A stretch of 6,335 bases of DNA from positions 1 through 6,335 of the forward strand of contig SUPR01000154.1 of assembly GCA_005191425.1 (NCBI GenBank). The letters run 5' to 3'. The notes under the pieces were generated by a model. The model saw nothing but the letters and a program-made list of their open reading frames with translations. It ran no database searches and had not been told where the DNA came from. Each line of letters begins with the position of its first letter. The stretch's first letter is position 1. Source of the DNA: Candidatus Helarchaeota ASGARD archaeon Hel_GB_B (GTDB lineage Archaea > Asgardarchaeota > Lokiarchaeia > Helarchaeales > HEL-GB-B). The position numbers were made by a program, and so were the translations under genes. This document shows positions 4,983-6,335 of the stretch, piece by piece.

Positions 4983-6335
4983 TTAAAAAGCTTTACTTAG
5001 GTCTAAATCAGGAGGAGTAGCCGTAGAAATATCCATATTTAAAATATCTGTATTTGAAATAATCCCTTCAATTTCATTTTCCGAATTTTCTTCAGTTATT
5101 ATAATATGTCTGATACCTTTAGTAATCATGATATGTATTGCTTTTTCAATAGTATCATTTTTACTTAAAGTAATTAATGGAAAATTCATAAGATCTTGGG
5201 CTTTTAATTCTTTAGGATTGGAATCTTGCTCAATTGCACGCCTTAATATATTACGTTCTGTTATTATCCCAATAGCTTTTCTATTTTTAGAAACTACAAC
5301 GCTACCTATTCTTTTTTCGTTCATAATATTAGCAATTTCAATTAAACTCGTTTCAACGTTGACCATAATAACATTTCTATTCATAATTTTTTCAATGGTC
5401 CTTTTGTTTAGATCGGCAATTTTAGAGTATTTTTCTTCTAAATCAGGACTTTTTAACGATTGTTTCAAATATACATTAATTAAATCATTTGTTCTGATTA
5501 TTCCGACTAATTTATCATCTTCTAGTACGGGCAATTTCTTAACACCTGTTTGCAAAATTAGCAAGGCTGCTTTTCGTATGTTATCGTTTTTATTCACGTA
5601 AATTAATGGTGTTGACATAATTTCTTTGCATTTAATTTCGTTAGGAGAAATATTTTGTTCATACATCATGGGGATGACTTTTTTTAGAATATCTCTATGA
5701 GTAATAATACCAATGGGTTTTTCATCTAATGTTATAATAATATAATCGAACCGATTTTTGTTCATTTCAATAACAGCATTTTTAATATTTTCAGAATAAG
5801 AAATAGTTAATGGTTTTTTGTCCATAAAATCTTTTGCGGTAATTATATCAAAAAATGATTCTTTTTTAGATAGATAATCTTTTGCAATAATATCTTTAGT
5901 TAACAGTTTAGTTCCATCGACACTATTTTCTACATTTAATTGAAATTTTTCATTAATATCAGTTATTGGATATTTAAAAATTAACTCTTCATTTGCAAAC
6001 CAAATATCGATAGTAGTTTCCCAACTTGAGGTCTCAAAGAACTCTTCGATTCTAGATATTTGGATCCTAATGTTTCTTAGATTTTTTGTTTGATTCTTTA
6101 AAATGATTTGTAATTTTTGGTTTCCTTCAATTGTTTCGATTGATTTAATAATAATAGGCTTTATAAATAAGTTTCTATCATCTCTTTTCTTATCTAAGTT
6201 GTTACCAACCGAGATTTCAAATTTTCTTGGCTCAGATGGAGGAGTTTGAGAAAGTTCTTTCAAAAATAAATAAGCTAATTTCTGGTTTTTTCTTGTTTCA
6301 GCACTTGTGATTGATTCTATTTTATTTAAATCTTC
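4983..6335 (-). CDS. Multi-domain protein with an FFETxSW beta-domain and four CBS domains (two Bateman modules); 5'-partial
   Basis: Four CBS repeats with motifs GIITHRD, GIIRTND, GIITERN and GIISNTD. The track starts at TTG 6263, but the frame stays open to the window edge (EDLNKIESITSAETRKNQKLAYLFLKELSQ...), so the true start is probably outside the window. Confidence 0.9.
   Translation of the reverse strand, partial: EDLNKIESITSAETRKNQKLAYLFLKELSQTPPSEPRKFEISVGNNLDKKRDDRNLFIKPIIIKSIETIEGNQKLQIILKNQTKNLRNIRIQISRIEEFFETSSWETTIDIWFANEELIFKYPITDINEKFQLNVENSVDGTKLLTKDIIAKDYLSKKESFFDIITAKDFMDKKPLTISYSENIKNAVIEMNKNRFDYIIITLDEKPIGIITHRDILKKVIPMMYEQNISPNEIKCKEIMSTPLIYVNKNDNIRKAALLILQTGVKKLPVLEDDKLVGIIRTNDLINVYLKQSLKSPDLEEKYSKIADLNKRTIEKIMNRNVIMVNVETSLIEIANIMNEKRIGSVVVSKNRKAIGIITERNILRRAIEQDSNPKELKAQDLMNFPLITLSKNDTIEKAIHIMITKGIRHIIITEENSENEIEGIISNTDILNMDISTATPPDLDLSKAF
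5034..5843 (-). other. Tandem CBS pairs (module 1 ~5469-5843, module 2 ~5034-5402)
   Basis: Module 1: AKDFMDKKPLTI...GIITHRDIL...KCKEIMSTPLIYV...LPVLEDDKLVGIIRTNDLI. Module 2: IEKIMNRNVIMV...GSVVV...GIITERNIL...AQDLMNFPLITL...GIRHIII...GIISNTDIL. Confidence 0.9.
5886..6158 (-). other. Unnamed ~90-aa beta-rich domain (FFETxSW motif), copy 2
   Basis: aa ~36-126 of the track ORF: IILKNQTKNLRNIRIQISRIEEFFETSSWETTIDIWFANEELIFKY. FFETSSW is encoded at 6021-6041. Confidence 0.7.

Noticed and set aside
5128-5601. 157-aa hydrophobic plus-strand ORF
   Set aside because: Antisense shadow of the clearly recognisable CBS gene.
1-6335. Eukaryotic origin of the window
   Set aside because: No introns, SD-like sites, near-contiguous tandem genes and oligo-T terminators all indicate a prokaryotic (archaeal) organisation.

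Overview
AT-rich (roughly 25% GC by eye), intron-free, archaeal-style window, most consistent with an Asgard archaeon (Lokiarchaeia-like; inferred from gene content, not proven). Four well-supported genes. (1) A Rag/Gtr1-type small GTPase with a C-terminal roadblock/longin-like domain (1114..2025 +). (2) Immediately downstream, a protein with arrestin N- and C-like domains, a Cys/His-rich insertion and an extra C-terminal beta-domain (2040/2052..3209 +). (3) A signal-peptide-bearing, sequon-rich, C-terminally anchored surface protein (3593/3602..4852 +). (4) A convergent, 5'-truncated protein with four CBS domains (4983..>6335 -). A small tail-anchored ORF (386..646 +) and the 3' end of a possible upstream gene (<2..175 +) are less certain. 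The main observation is that the arrestin-fold protein and the 4xCBS protein share an unnamed ~90-aa domain with an FFETxSW-x6-W-x3-E motif (16 identities in 48 aligned columns by hand). This suggests a Rag GTPase / arrestin adaptor / adenylate-sensor module. No RNA genes, CRISPR arrays or intact mobile elements were seen.
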